Notes under the pieces: model-generated | Seen by the model: only the letters and a program-made list of their open reading frames with translations | The model's database searches: none | What the model was told of the DNA's origin: nothing | Part shown: positions 43,447 to 53,716 of the stretch, one piece after another | How the letters are laid out: every line of letters starts with the position of its first letter | How positions within the stretch are numbered: the stretch's first letter is position 1 | Assembly: GCF_028368995.1 (NCBI RefSeq) | Contig: NZ_JAQNDL010000005.1 | Span: 352,001-416,000 of the forward strand | Reading direction: 5' to 3' | Source of the DNA: Nannocystis bainbridge | GTDB taxonomy: Bacteria; Myxococcota_A; Polyangia; Nannocystales; Nannocystaceae | Length of the DNA: 64,000 nucleotides | Position numbers and translations under genes: made by a program

Positions 43447-44601
43447 TCAGCGCCCGCACACGTAGCGCTCGAATCGCTGTACCAGCGGCGAGGTCGGGTG
43501 CTCGGCGACCAGGCGGCGGGCGGTCGCCTCGGCCTCGGCGCCGCGGTCCAGCCCGCACAGCGCCGCGACCCGCCCCGCCTCGCGCGCGTCCACCAGGGCG
43601 CTGCGCGGGAACTGGCCCGCGTGCGCGTCCAGCAGCGGCAGCGCGGCCGCGGGCCTCCCCGCGTCCAGGTGCGCCCGCGCCTGGTCGAGCAGCGCCACCT
43701 CGGCCGCCAGCCGGTCGGGCTTGCTCGCGGTCGGCGGCGTCGGTCGCTGCGGCGCCGGCGGCGGCGATCCTGCGTCTGGTTCGGAGCGGCCCGGCTCCCC
43801 ACCTGTCTCTCGGGACAGGCTCACCGGCTCGCGCGCCACCTCCGTCCCGATCGCCCGGATCGGGGTCGGGCGCGCCACCGCGTGCACCGTCGCCCCGCCG
43901 GCCACGATCAGCGTCGCCGCCACCGCCGCGCGGCTCGCCGACACCACGCCCAGCACCCCGATCGCCCCGCTCTTGCCGAGCGCCGGCCCCAGCAGCGCCC
44001 ACGAGCGCTGCGCCTGCCCGGGCGGCGGCGCGTCCTCGCGGCGGGCCCGCTCGGCCCACGCGCTCAGCTCCGCCTCGCCCAGGCGCGCCTGCAGCTGGCC
44101 CCGCGCCGCGCGCAGCCGCGAATAGACGGTGTTGACCGGCAGCGCCAGCTCGGCCGCCATCTCCGGCCCGCTCATGCCCAGCAGCTCGGACATCTCCCAC
44201 ACGGCCCGCAGCTCGCCGCTGAGCTGCGCCAGCGCCTGCTCGAGCTGCTGCGCCGTGTCGCGCCGGCTGTGCGGCGAGTCGTCGCTCCACGGCCAGCTCT
44301 CGGCCAGCGCCGCCACCCGCCGCGCCAGCCGGGCCGCGCCCCGGCGGTAGCGCCAGGCCACCCGCCGCGTCACCGCGAACAGCCACGCTCGCGGCGAGAC
44401 CTCGTAGTGGAGCGCGTCGAGCCGGCGATAGGCGGTCACGAACACGTCCTGCACCGCGTCGTCGACGTGCGCCGGCGGCACCCCGAAGCGGCGCGCCGCC
44501 GCCCACACGAACCCGAACTCGCGGCGATAGATGGCGTGAAACCGCGCCCGGCGGGGGTCGTCGGCGGGCGCGGGCGCGGTCTCGGTCGCCGGGAGCTGCA
44601 T
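43447..44601 (-). CDS. ECF sigma factor fused to a TM and TPR-like C-terminal extension
   Basis: VDDAVQDVF, RAWLFAV, LPVNTVYSRLRAAR, then a hydrophobic segment and LAAEVALLDQAR...FPRSALVD. Confidence 0.88.
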   Translation of the reverse strand: MQLPATETAPAPADDPRRARFHAIYRREFGFVWAAARRFGVPPAHVDDAVQDVFVTAYRRLDALHYEVSPRAWLFAVTRRVAWRYRRGAARLARRVAALAESWPWSDDSPHSRRDTAQQLEQALAQLSGELRAVWEMSELLGMSGPEMAAELALPVNTVYSRLRAARGQLQARLGEAELSAWAERARREDAPPPGQAQRSWALLGPALGKSGAIGVLGVVSASRAAVAATLIVAGGATVHAVARPTPIRAIGTEVAREPVSLSRETGGEPGRSEPDAGSPPPAPQRPTPPTASKPDRLAAEVALLDQARAHLDAGRPAAALPLLDAHAGQFPRSALVDAREAGRVAALCGLDRGAEAEATARRLVAEHPTSPLVQRFERYVCGR

Positions 44602-44639
44602 GGCCTGAAGCTTGGATTCTCCGGCGACCCTGACTTCTG

Positions 44640-45779
44640 TCACCGCGGATCGCGAAACCGCAGCTCCGCCATGAGCAGCAGCCGGCCCGAGACCCGCGAC
44701 GAGGCGAACAGCCCCGCAGGGGGCCCGGGGTCGCGCACCTCGAACCTCGGCACCAGGAGCCCCGCGACCCCCTCGAGCGCCGCCCCCAGGCGCACGCGCG
44801 GATGCACGACCACCGCCACCCCGGCCGAGGCCACCAGCGCCAGCCAGCGCCCGGTCACGGCCCGCGCGCCGACCACGTCCTGCGCGACCCCGCGCACGCC
44901 CCCGGCCTCCAGCCCGCCGCACAGGGGAAATTCGACCCGCCGCCCGCCGAGCCGCGCGCAGCCGAGCACCGCCGCCATGCCGGCGAAGGCCCGCAGGCTG
45001 CCCTCGGCCCGCACCTCGGTGCGCGGCGTCAGGAAGGCGCCGCGCAGCTCCAGCCGCGCCCGCCGCCACAGCAGGCCGCCCGCCAGCATGATCGCCCCCG
45101 AGACCCCCGGGAGCGCCCCCAGCTCGGCCCCGCCCTGGATCCGCAGCAGCCCCCCGAGCCGCCGCGCCGGGCCTGCAGGCGGCTGCAGCGGGCCCTCGAC
45201 GCTCATGGCCGCCGCCCGGCCGTCCGGCGCAGTCCCTGCGAGCTCCGCCTCCTCGGCGCCCGCCAAGACCGGCGGGCCGACCGACTCGAACCCCGGGCTC
45301 CCCGTCGCGTGCTCGGGGCTCACCGTCTCCGCCGCGGTGGTCACGCCGGAGCTCTCCTCCGTCATCACCTCGCCCTCGCCTGCCACCTCGACGGGCAATT
45401 CGGGCGCCGCTTCGGCCCCCGAGGCCGCCGCTTCGCGCCTCGCCGCGCTCGCCACCAGCAGCGCCGTCGCGTCGACGAGCGCGGCGCAGCGCTGCGACGT
45501 CAGCGTGCGAACCGCGCCCCGGCCTCGCGCCGCGATCCGCAGGGTCAGGCGATAGCGCGGCGCCTCGGCGTGGAGGGCCACCCGGGCCTCGACCTCGACC
45601 TCGCCGGCGAAGGCCCGCCCGAGCCGCTGCTCGATCGCCGCCACCAAATCCCGCCGCCCCGGGCAGCCGCCCGGCGCCTCCCACACCAGCCCGAGCGCCG
45701 GCGGATCCGGCACTTGTGCGGCGAGAAGCCCGGCGACGACGGTGAAGATCGGCACCACGAGGGGCGGCGAAGCTACCAC
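44640..45779 (-). CDS. exported protein with possible C-terminal beta-barrel (ECF-associated)
   Basis: LVWEAPGGCP N-terminal motif, acidic linker, amphipathic strands; start estimated. Confidence 0.65.
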   Translation of the reverse strand: MVASPPLVVPIFTVVAGLLAAQVPDPPALGLVWEAPGGCPGRRDLVAAIEQRLGRAFAGEVEVEARVALHAEAPRYRLTLRIAARGRGAVRTLTSQRCAALVDATALLVASAARREAAASGAEAAPELPVEVAGEGEVMTEESSGVTTAAETVSPEHATGSPGFESVGPPVLAGAEEAELAGTAPDGRAAAMSVEGPLQPPAGPARRLGGLLRIQGGAELGALPGVSGAIMLAGGLLWRRARLELRGAFLTPRTEVRAEGSLRAFAGMAAVLGCARLGGRRVEFPLCGGLEAGGVRGVAQDVVGARAVTGRWLALVASAGVAVVVHPRVRLGAALEGVAGLLVPRFEVRDPGPPAGLFASSRVSGRLLLMAELRFRDPR

Positions 45780-45882
45780 GAATCTCCCGCGCCCGCCGAG
45801 CGCGGCGCCTGCGTGGGTGACGCGAACGCGACGACCGCTCCTCGCATGATTGCCAATCGACGCACCATACAATCACCGCTCG

Positions 45883-46127
45883 CATCCTCGACGCTTTGAC
45901 CCCATCGCGGCGAGCTTCATGGCGCTCGACGCGAGGGCCGCCCGCTCGCTGTTCGATGCATCTCACTCGCCGAGCAGCTCCGTCAGCCTCTTGATGTCGA
46001 CCTCCATCCTCGACGCTCTGACCCCACCGCAGCGAGCTTCATGGCACTCGACGCGAGGATCGCCCGCTCGCGACTCGATGCCCCCCTCACTCGCTGAGCA
46101 GCTTCGTCAGCGTCTTGATGTCGACCC
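45883..46127. repeat. imperfect tandem duplication (about 122-124 bp unit) including the regulator 3' end
   Basis: 45883-46003 vs 46005-46127; TCACTCGCCGAGCAGCTCCGTCAGCCTCTTGATGTCGACC copies the gene end TCACTCGCTGAGCAGCTTCGTCAGCGTCTTGATGTCGACC. Confidence 0.8.
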
Positions 46128-47457
46128 CCAGAGCCCGCGCCGCGTGGGCCTTCACCCCCCCGTTTTGAGCCACCGCCCAGCGCGCGTAACGGCGCTGGAT
46201 CTCCCGCAGCGGCAGCACCGCGTCGCCGAACCCCGTGGATCCGCCCTCGCCTGCGTTCGGGTCCTCGCTGCCGAAGCCGCGGGGCAGGTCTGCCGGCGTG
46301 ATCGTCTCGTTGCGCGACAGCAGCACCAGGCGCTCGATCAGGTGGGCCAGCTCGCGCACGTTCCCCGGCCAGCGGTAGGCCAGGAACGCCGCCATCACCT
46401 CCTCCCCGATCCGCCGCGGCGCCGCTGTCGGATAGCGGCGGCGCGCCGACTCGAGGTTCTGCTCGATCAGCAGTGGGATGTCCTCGCGGCGGTCGCGGAG
46501 CGGCGGGATCTCGAGCACCACCAGCGCCAGCCGATAATAGAGGTCCTCGCGGAACTCGCCCGCGCGCACCGCCGCCGCGAGGTCGAGGTTCGTCGCCGCC
46601 AGGATCCGCGTGTGGACCCGGCGCTCGCGGGTCCCGCCGATCGGGCGGATCACCCCGCGCTCGATCACGTGCAGCAGCTTGGCCTGCAGCGCCGTCTGCA
46701 GCTCGCCGATCTCGTCGAGGAACAGGGTCCCGTGGTCGGCCTCCGCGAACAGCCCCGGGCTCGCCTGCGTCGCCCCGGTGAAGGCTCCGCGCGTGTGGCC
46801 GAACAGCTCGCTCTCGAGCAGCTGCTCGGGGATCGCCGCGCAGTTGACCGCCACGAACGGCGCCGACGCGCGCTGGCTGCGGGCGTGCAGCGCCGCCGCG
46901 ATCGTCGTCTTGCCGGTGCCCGTCTCGCCGGTGAGCAGCACTGGCACATCGGTGTCGGCGATGCGCGCGATCACCTCGAACACCGCCCGCATCGCCGTGC
47001 TGCGGCCGACCAGGCCCTGCGGCGCCGCGTCGTTCAGGCGCCGGCGCAGCTCCCCCGTCTCGCGGCGGAGCCGGCGGTCGTCGAGCGCGCGGCGCAGGAA
47101 CAGCACCAGCTCGTCGACCCCGAACGGCTTCGTCAGGTAGTGGAACGCCCCGCGCCGGATCGCCTCCACCGCCGTATCGATCGCCGCGTACGCCGTCATC
47201 ACGATCGTCGGCAGCTGCGGCACCAGCTCCTGCGCCTGCACCATCAGCGACACCCCGTCGCCGTGCTCGAGCCGCAGGTCGGTCACCATCGCGTCGAACT
47301 CGTGCGACTCGAGCCGCGCCAGCGCGGCCGCGGCGTCGCGCACCACGTGCACCTCGAAGCCGCGGCGGCCCAGCTGTTCGCCGAGCGCGTCGCCCCACTC
47401 CGGCTCGTCGTCGACCAGCAGCACGCGCGGGCGCAGGACCTTATGTTCGCTCGTCAT
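46087..47457 (-). CDS. sigma54-dependent response regulator
   Basis: [48 protein letters not shown]. Confidence 0.95.
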   Translation of the reverse strand: MTSEHKVLRPRVLLVDDEPEWGDALGEQLGRRGFEVHVVRDAAAALARLESHEFDAMVTDLRLEHGDGVSLMVQAQELVPQLPTIVMTAYAAIDTAVEAIRRGAFHYLTKPFGVDELVLFLRRALDDRRLRRETGELRRRLNDAAPQGLVGRSTAMRAVFEVIARIADTDVPVLLTGETGTGKTTIAAALHARSQRASAPFVAVNCAAIPEQLLESELFGHTRGAFTGATQASPGLFAEADHGTLFLDEIGELQTALQAKLLHVIERGVIRPIGGTRERRVHTRILAATNLDLAAAVRAGEFREDLYYRLALVVLEIPPLRDRREDIPLLIEQNLESARRRYPTAAPRRIGEEVMAAFLAYRWPGNVRELAHLIERLVLLSRNETITPADLPRGFGSEDPNAGEGGSTGFGDAVLPLREIQRRYARWAVAQNGGVKAHAARALGVDIKTLTKLLSE

Positions 47458-48899
47458 GACATCTCCCGCGGCAAGCGCAGCGTCGCTATCGCGCCGCGAG
47501 GCGACCGCGCCGTCAGGGTGACCGACCCGCGGCTCATGCGGGCGATCTCGTTGGTGAGCGCGAGCCCCAGGCCGGTGCCCTGCGCCTTGCGCGAGAAGAA
47601 CGGCTTGAGCAGCCGCTCGCGATCCTCCTCGCGCACGCCCTCGCCCTCGTCGAGCACCTCGAACACCACGTCCTCGCCCTCCTGGCGGATCCGCAGCGTC
47701 ACGCAGCTGCCGCGCGGCGACGCATCGCACGCGTTGACCAGCAGGTTGACCAGCGCGTGCTCGACCAGCAATGCATTGACTCGTACGTCCGCCACGTCCG
47801 CCGCGATCTCCATCTCGAGCGCCACCTCGGCCGCCTGAAAGCGGTGCGCGATCAGGTCGTGCACCGCCTGCGCCAGCTTCGCCGGGGCCACCCGCGCCTG
47901 CTCCGGCATGCTGCCGCGCGCGACGCGGAGGAACCCCTGGACCACGTCGCGCAGGCGGTCGACCTGGCCGAGGATCGTGCGCGCGTCCTGCTCCTCCGGC
48001 GAGTCCTGCAGCGCCTCGCGCAGCGCCTCCGCCTTGACGCGGATGAGCCCCAGCGGCGTGCCGACCTCGTGCGCCACTCCGGACGCCAGCGTCAGCATCG
48101 TCGCCGTGCGGTTCTCGCGGGCCAGCACCGCCTCGCCGGCGCGCCGCTGCTCCGCCAGCTCGAGCTGGTGGCGCGCCAGCGCCTGCGCGCGGAACTCCCG
48201 GAACGCGAAGTAGCCGAACACCACCGTCGTGATGCCTGTCAGCAGCACCTTGATGATCACCCGCAGCATCCCTCGCCGGTCGCGCTCGACCTCCTCGCGG
48301 GTGCTGCCGACCACCGCCACGCGCCAGCTCCCGAGCGCCCCGCCGTCGGCCACCGCGACGCTGACGAACGCCGGATACTCCGGCAGCCCGAGCTGCAGCG
48401 CCTGCGCGTCGTTCAACATGCCGGTGTCCTGGCCGCGCGCCACCAGCTCCGCGAGCACCCCCGGCCCGGTGGAGCGGCCGTGCAGGTTGAAGAACCTCGC
48501 CGCTCCGGGCGGCTGCACGAACACCCGCTCGTCCGCCGAACCGAGGTGGTCGGCCGCGTGGAACAGCTCGCCGATCCGCACCTGCACCTCGCGCTCGCGC
48601 CCGTCCTCGCCGACGATGCGCGACCGCCACGTCCCCGCCGCGTCTGCTTGCGATGCTGTCGCCGCCGGCGAGTCGCGGACCAGGTTCGCCAGCTCCGCCG
48701 CCAGCTCCACCGACAGCAGCGACGCCAGGTTGCCCAGGCGCCGCTGCTCGCGCTCCATCGCCAATTCGGACTCCGCGTCCTCGAACCGGATCCCGACCAG
48801 CGCCACCGCGGCGACGCTGAGCACGGCGCCGAGGAGCAGCACGAGGCCGCTGATCCGCACACGGCTGCGTTCGGCGAAAGCGAAGGTCTGTCGGGTCAC
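47454..48899 (-). CDS. membrane sensor histidine kinase
   Basis: two TM helices; VAHEVGTPL; NLLVNACDA; DEGEG; GTGLGL; start estimated. Confidence 0.9.
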   Translation of the reverse strand: MTRQTFAFAERSRVRISGLVLLLGAVLSVAAVALVGIRFEDAESELAMEREQRRLGNLASLLSVELAAELANLVRDSPAATASQADAAGTWRSRIVGEDGREREVQVRIGELFHAADHLGSADERVFVQPPGAARFFNLHGRSTGPGVLAELVARGQDTGMLNDAQALQLGLPEYPAFVSVAVADGGALGSWRVAVVGSTREEVERDRRGMLRVIIKVLLTGITTVVFGYFAFREFRAQALARHQLELAEQRRAGEAVLARENRTATMLTLASGVAHEVGTPLGLIRVKAEALREALQDSPEEQDARTILGQVDRLRDVVQGFLRVARGSMPEQARVAPAKLAQAVHDLIAHRFQAAEVALEMEIAADVADVRVNALLVEHALVNLLVNACDASPRGSCVTLRIRQEGEDVVFEVLDEGEGVREEDRERLLKPFFSRKAQGTGLGLALTNEIARMSRGSVTLTARSPRGAIATLRLPREMS

Positions 48900-48942
48900 T
48901 GGCGGGTTCCTCGCCGAGGGTAGCGCGGTTCGTCGTTCGAGC

Positions 48943-48958
48943 TGCAATCCGCGCGCCA
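48943..48958 (-). promoter_or_regulatory. sigma54 promoter of the kinase-regulator operon
   Basis: minus strand TGGCGC-GCGGA-TTGCA. Confidence 0.65.
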
Positions 48959-49322
48959 CCCTCGCGCGCGGCCGCTGCGGCCCGGAAAATCGCCGACCCG
49001 CGCGGCCGAGGCGGCCGCCCGCTGGACCCGCCGATGGGAGCGGCTCCCCGTGCGACCAGGGAAAATTTCCAGGTCGGGCCGGCCCCCTCTGGATTTCATC
49101 AACGATCTCGCCCCGCTCCGTCCCCGGCATCGTCCGTGAAACAGCGTGAACCAGGCTTCGAGCCACGGTCCCGCGACGGGGCCGGCGGGTTCGGGCCGCG
49201 CGCCGGCAGACCGCGCGCGAGACAGGCGGACCTCGATGAACCACGACCTCCCAGGCGCCCCGCTGCGGCCCCGCACCTCCCTCGTCCTCACGCTCCTGCG
49301 CGCCTGCTTCGGCCGCGCCGCG

Positions 49323-50411
49323 ATGCACCGATCGTGGCCGCGACTGCTCGCGCTCGCGGGCGTGCTCGTGCTGCTCGGCGTGACGGCCTGCCACGCGCCG
49401 CACCACAAGCACGAGGAGATCGGCGTGTTCGCCGTCACCACCCCGCTGCGCCAGGACACCGCGCTGACCCGCGAGTACGTGGCCCAGGTCCAGGCGATCC
49501 AGCACATCGAGGTGCGGGCCCAGGAGCGCGGCTATCTGACGGGCATCTACGTCGACGAGGGCCAGCGGATCGAGGAGGGCACGAAGATGTTCCAGGTCAT
49601 GCCGCTCATCTATCGCGCCGACCTCCACCGCGCCGAGGCGGAGGCCGACATGGCCTCGATCGAATTCAAGAACACCAAGATGCTGGCCGACAAGGACATC
49701 GTCTCGCCGGCCGAGCTCGCGCTGGCCGGCGCCAAGCTCAATCGCGCCAAGGCCGAGCTGGAGCTCGCGCAGACGCACATGCGCCTCACCGAGATCCGGG
49801 CCCCGTTCACCGGCCTGATGGATCGATTCGTCGTCCGCCTCGGCAGCCTCGTCGAGGAGGGCGACCTGCTGACGACGCTGTCCGACAACCGGACCCTGTG
49901 GATCTACTTCAACGTGCCCGAGGCCGAATACCTCGACTACAAGGCCGACCCCGAGCAGACGACGGTCGTCCAGTTCAAGATGGCCAACAACCGGCTGTTC
50001 GACCAGCCGGGCCGGGTCGAGACGATCGAGGCCGACTTCGACAACACCACCGGCAACATCGCCTTTCGCGCGACCTTCCCCAACCCCACCGGCCTGCTGC
50101 GCCACGGCGAGACCGGCAACGTCATCGTCACCAGCCAGTACGCCAACGCGCAGCTGATCCCGCAGAAGGCGACCTTCGAGATCCTCGATCGCCGCTACGT
50201 CTTCGTGGTCGACGACGAGGGTATCGTCCATTCGCGCCCGATCGCCGTCGCCGCCGAGCTCCCGCACGCCTTCATCGTCGAGAGCGGCCTCGAGGACTCG
50301 GACCACATCCTCCTGGAGGGGCTGCGCAAGGTCCAGGACGGCACCCACATCGAAGTCAAGTTCGAGGAGCCCGCCGAGGTGTTCGCTCACCTCGACCTCC
50401 ACGCCGAATAG
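49323..50411 (+). CDS. RND efflux periplasmic adaptor
   Basis: GVTAC lipobox; IEVRAQERGYL; TEIRAPFTG; FRATFPNP; alternative start 49236. Confidence 0.93.
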   Translation: MHRSWPRLLALAGVLVLLGVTACHAPHHKHEEIGVFAVTTPLRQDTALTREYVAQVQAIQHIEVRAQERGYLTGIYVDEGQRIEEGTKMFQVMPLIYRADLHRAEAEADMASIEFKNTKMLADKDIVSPAELALAGAKLNRAKAELELAQTHMRLTEIRAPFTGLMDRFVVRLGSLVEEGDLLTTLSDNRTLWIYFNVPEAEYLDYKADPEQTTVVQFKMANNRLFDQPGRVETIEADFDNTTGNIAFRATFPNPTGLLRHGETGNVIVTSQYANAQLIPQKATFEILDRRYVFVVDDEGIVHSRPIAVAAELPHAFIVESGLEDSDHILLEGLRKVQDGTHIEVKFEEPAEVFAHLDLHAE

Positions 50412-50422
50412 AGGGTGACAGC

Positions 50423-53400
50423 ATGTTCGCCAAGATTCTCCATCGACCGGTGCTCGCGATCGTCGTCTCGGTCCTGATCGTCCTCCTCGGCCTGCTGGCG
50501 ATCCGCTCGCGCCCGGTCTCGCAGTTCCCCGAGATCGCGCCGCCGCAGGTCCAGATCACCGTCTCCTATCCGGGCGCCAGCGCCGACGTGCTCGTGCAGT
50601 CGACGCTCATCCCGCTCGAGCGCGCCATCAACGGCGTGCCCGGCATGCGCTACCTGTCCTCCGACGCGACCAGCGCCGGCGAGGCCACGATCCAGGTCAT
50701 CTTCGACCTCGGCACCGACCCCGACCAGGCGATCATCAACGTCAAGACCCGCATGGACCAGGTGATGAACCAGCTGCCGAAGCTGGTCCAGCTCGAGGGC
50801 GTCGTGCTCATGCGCGTGCAGCCGAGCATGTTGATGTACGTCAACCTCTACAGCACCGCCGCCGACGCCGACGAGAAGTTCCTGTTCAACTACGCCAACG
50901 TCAACATCCTGCCGGAGATCATGCGGGTCAAGGGCATCGGCCAGGCGCGCATCCTCGGCAGCCGCCAGTTCGCCATGCGCGTGTGGCTGAACCCCGACCG
51001 GATGCGGGCCTACAACGTCTCGGCCGAGGAGGTGATGACCGCGATCAGCGAGCAGAGCGTCATCGGTCGCCCCGGCCGCGTCGGTCAGGCCACCGGCAAG
51101 ACCGCGCAGTCGCTCGAGTACGTGCTGGTGTGGGAGGGCCGCTACAACAAGCCCGAGCAGTACGGCGACATCATCGTGCGCGCCACCCCCGACGGCCACG
51201 TCCTCCACCTCAAGGACGTCGCCAAGGTCGAGCTCGGCAGCGAGTTCTTCAACATCTACTCCAACCTCGACGGTCACCCCTCGGCCGCGATCGTGCTCAA
51301 GCAGACCCTCGGCAGCAACGCCCAGGAGGTCATCGAGAACGTCAAGGCCAGGCTCGACGAGATCAAGGCCGCGAGCTTCCCGCCGGGCATGGACTACGCG
51401 GTCAGCTACGACGTCTCCGCGTTCGTCGACGCCTCGATCGACCAGGTCGTGCACACCCTCGCCGAGGCGTTCGTGCTGGTCGCCCTGGTCGTGTTCGTGT
51501 TCCTCGGCGACTGGCGCTCGACGCTGATCCCGACCCTCGCGGTGCCGGTGTCGCTGGTCGGCGCGTTCATCTTCATGAGCGCGCTCGACATCAGCATCAA
51601 CCTCATCACCCTGTTCGCCCTGGTCCTGGCGATCGGCATCGTCGTCGACGACGCCATCGTCGTCGTCGAGGCCGTGCACGCCAAGATGGAGGCCAGGCAC
51701 CTGCCGGTCTACGAGGCGATGAAGGAGGTCCTCAACGAGATCAGCGGCGCCATCATCGCCATCACCCTGGTGATGACCTCGGTGTTCGTCCCGGTCGCCT
51801 TCATGCCCGGCCCGGTCGGCGTGTTCTACCGCCAGTTCTCGGTCACGATGGCCGCTTCGATCGTGCTGTCGGGCTTCATCGCCCTGACGCTGACCCCGGT
51901 GCTGTCGGTGCTGATCCTCAAGCCCGTGCACGGCCACCGCCCCAGCCGCAACCCGATCACCCTGTTCGTGCGCGGCTTCGACCGCGCCTTCAACTGGGTC
52001 GCCGACCGCTACGTGCGGCTGATGCGGGCCATCCTGCGCCGGGTCTGGCTGACGATCCTGCTGCTCGGCCTGTTCGTGTACGGCATCTTCGCCGTCAACC
52101 GGGTCCTGCCGGCCGGCTTCGTGCCCAACGAGGACCAGGGCATCGTCTACGCCATCATCCAGACCCCGCCGGGGACCACCCTCGAGCGCACCAACGCGGC
52201 CGCCCGGAAGCTGCAGGACATCGCCCGCGCCATGCCCGAGGTCGCGTCGGTCTCGTCGCTGGCCGGCTACGAGATCCTCACCGAGGGCCGGGCCTCCAAC
52301 GCCGGCACCTGCCTCATCAACCTCAAGGATTGGTCGGACCGCGACAAGTCGGTCACCGAGGTGATCGAGGAGCTCGAGGAGAAGTCGCGGGACATCGGCG
52401 CGGTGGTCGAGTTCTTCGAGCCGCCGGCGGTCCCCGGCTACGGCGCGGCCGGCGGCGTCTCCTTCCGCATGCTCGAGAAGACCGGCAGCAACGACTACTA
52501 CGAGTTCGATCGCATCAACCAGGAGTTCATGGCCGCGCTGCGCGAGCGGCCCGAGCTGACCGGCCTCTTCACCTTCTACGCCGCCAACTACCCGCAGTAC
52601 GAGCTCGTCATCGACAACCAAAAGGCGATGCAGAAGGGCGTCTCCATCGGCAAGGCGATGGAGAACCTCGACCTCATGATCGGCAGCTCGTACGAGCAGG
52701 GCTTTATCCGCTTCGGCTTCTTCTACCGCGTCTACGTCCAGGCCTCGCCCGAGTTCCGGGCGCTGCCGCCGGACGTGCTCAAGATGTACGTCAAGAACGA
52801 CGCCGGCGAGATGGTCCCCTACTCGTCGTTCATGACGCTCAAGAAGCGCCAGGGCCCCAACGAGATCACGCGCTACAACATGTACAACTCGTCGGCCATC
52901 CGCGGCGGCAACGCGCCCGGCTACACCACCGGCGACGCCATCCAGGCCATCAAGGAGGTCGCCGCCGAGGTGCTGCCGCGCGGCTACGACATCGCCTGGG
53001 AGGGCCTGTCCTACGACGAGGCCCAGCGCGGCAGCGAGGCCATCTACATCTTCGGCGTCGTGCTGGTGTTCGTCTACATGGTGCTGGCGGCCCAGTACGA
53101 GAGCTTCATCCTGCCGCTGGCCGTGATCACCTCGCTGCCCGCAGGCGCGTTCGGCTCGTTCTTGATGCTCCAATTGATGGGCCTGGCCAACGACATCTAC
53201 GCCCAGGTCGGCCTGGTCATGCTGGTCGGTCTGCTCGGCAAGAACGCGGTGCTGATCGTCGAGTTCGGCGTGCAGACCCAGCGCGAGGGCGCCAGCGTGT
53301 TCGAGTCGGCCGTCGCCGGCGCGCGGGCCCGGTTCCGCGCGATCCTCATGACCTCGTTCGCGTTCGTCGCCGGCCTCTACCCGCTGGTCGTGGCCAGGGG

Positions 53401-53716
53401 CGCCGGGGCCGTCGGCAACAACACCATCGGCGCGTCGGCGCTCGGCGGCATGGTCGTGGGCACCGTGTTCGGCGTGATCATCATCCCGGGGCTCTACTTC
53501 ATCTTCGCCCACCTGGCGCGGTACGAGAGCTTCCTGCGGGTCGGCGGGCGCGCCGAGCCGCCGCCCCCGCCGGCCGCGCTGCCGCTGTCCGAGGTGTCGC
53601 TGGCGGCGCTGCTGGTCGACACGCTGGCCGACAACGACGCGTCGTCGACGACGCATTCGCCGGAGTCGGACACGACGCAGCCGACCGCGCTGCCGGAGGA
53701 GGACTCCGATGCGTAA
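50423..53716 (+). CDS. RND efflux permease (HAE1/AcrB family)
   Basis: LHRPVLAIV, FPEIAPPQV, GIVVDDAIVVVE, GKNAVLIVEF, RFRAILMTS. Confidence 0.97.
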   Translation: MFAKILHRPVLAIVVSVLIVLLGLLAIRSRPVSQFPEIAPPQVQITVSYPGASADVLVQSTLIPLERAINGVPGMRYLSSDATSAGEATIQVIFDLGTDPDQAIINVKTRMDQVMNQLPKLVQLEGVVLMRVQPSMLMYVNLYSTAADADEKFLFNYANVNILPEIMRVKGIGQARILGSRQFAMRVWLNPDRMRAYNVSAEEVMTAISEQSVIGRPGRVGQATGKTAQSLEYVLVWEGRYNKPEQYGDIIVRATPDGHVLHLKDVAKVELGSEFFNIYSNLDGHPSAAIVLKQTLGSNAQEVIENVKARLDEIKAASFPPGMDYAVSYDVSAFVDASIDQVVHTLAEAFVLVALVVFVFLGDWRSTLIPTLAVPVSLVGAFIFMSALDISINLITLFALVLAIGIVVDDAIVVVEAVHAKMEARHLPVYEAMKEVLNEISGAIIAITLVMTSVFVPVAFMPGPVGVFYRQFSVTMAASIVLSGFIALTLTPVLSVLILKPVHGHRPSRNPITLFVRGFDRAFNWVADRYVRLMRAILRRVWLTILLLGLFVYGIFAVNRVLPAGFVPNEDQGIVYAIIQTPPGTTLERTNAAARKLQDIARAMPEVASVSSLAGYEILTEGRASNAGTCLINLKDWSDRDKSVTEVIEELEEKSRDIGAVVEFFEPPAVPGYGAAGGVSFRMLEKTGSNDYYEFDRINQEFMAALRERPELTGLFTFYAANYPQYELVIDNQKAMQKGVSIGKAMENLDLMIGSSYEQGFIRFGFFYRVYVQASPEFRALPPDVLKMYVKNDAGEMVPYSSFMTLKKRQGPNEITRYNMYNSSAIRGGNAPGYTTGDAIQAIKEVAAEVLPRGYDIAWEGLSYDEAQRGSEAIYIFGVVLVFVYMVLAAQYESFILPLAVITSLPAGAFGSFLMLQLMGLANDIYAQVGLVMLVGLLGKNAVLIVEFGVQTQREGASVFESAVAGARARFRAILMTSFAFVAGLYPLVVARGAGAVGNNTIGASALGGMVVGTVFGVIIIPGLYFIFAHLARYESFLRVGGRAEPPPPPAALPLSEVSLAALLVDTLADNDASSTTHSPESDTTQPTALPEEDSDA

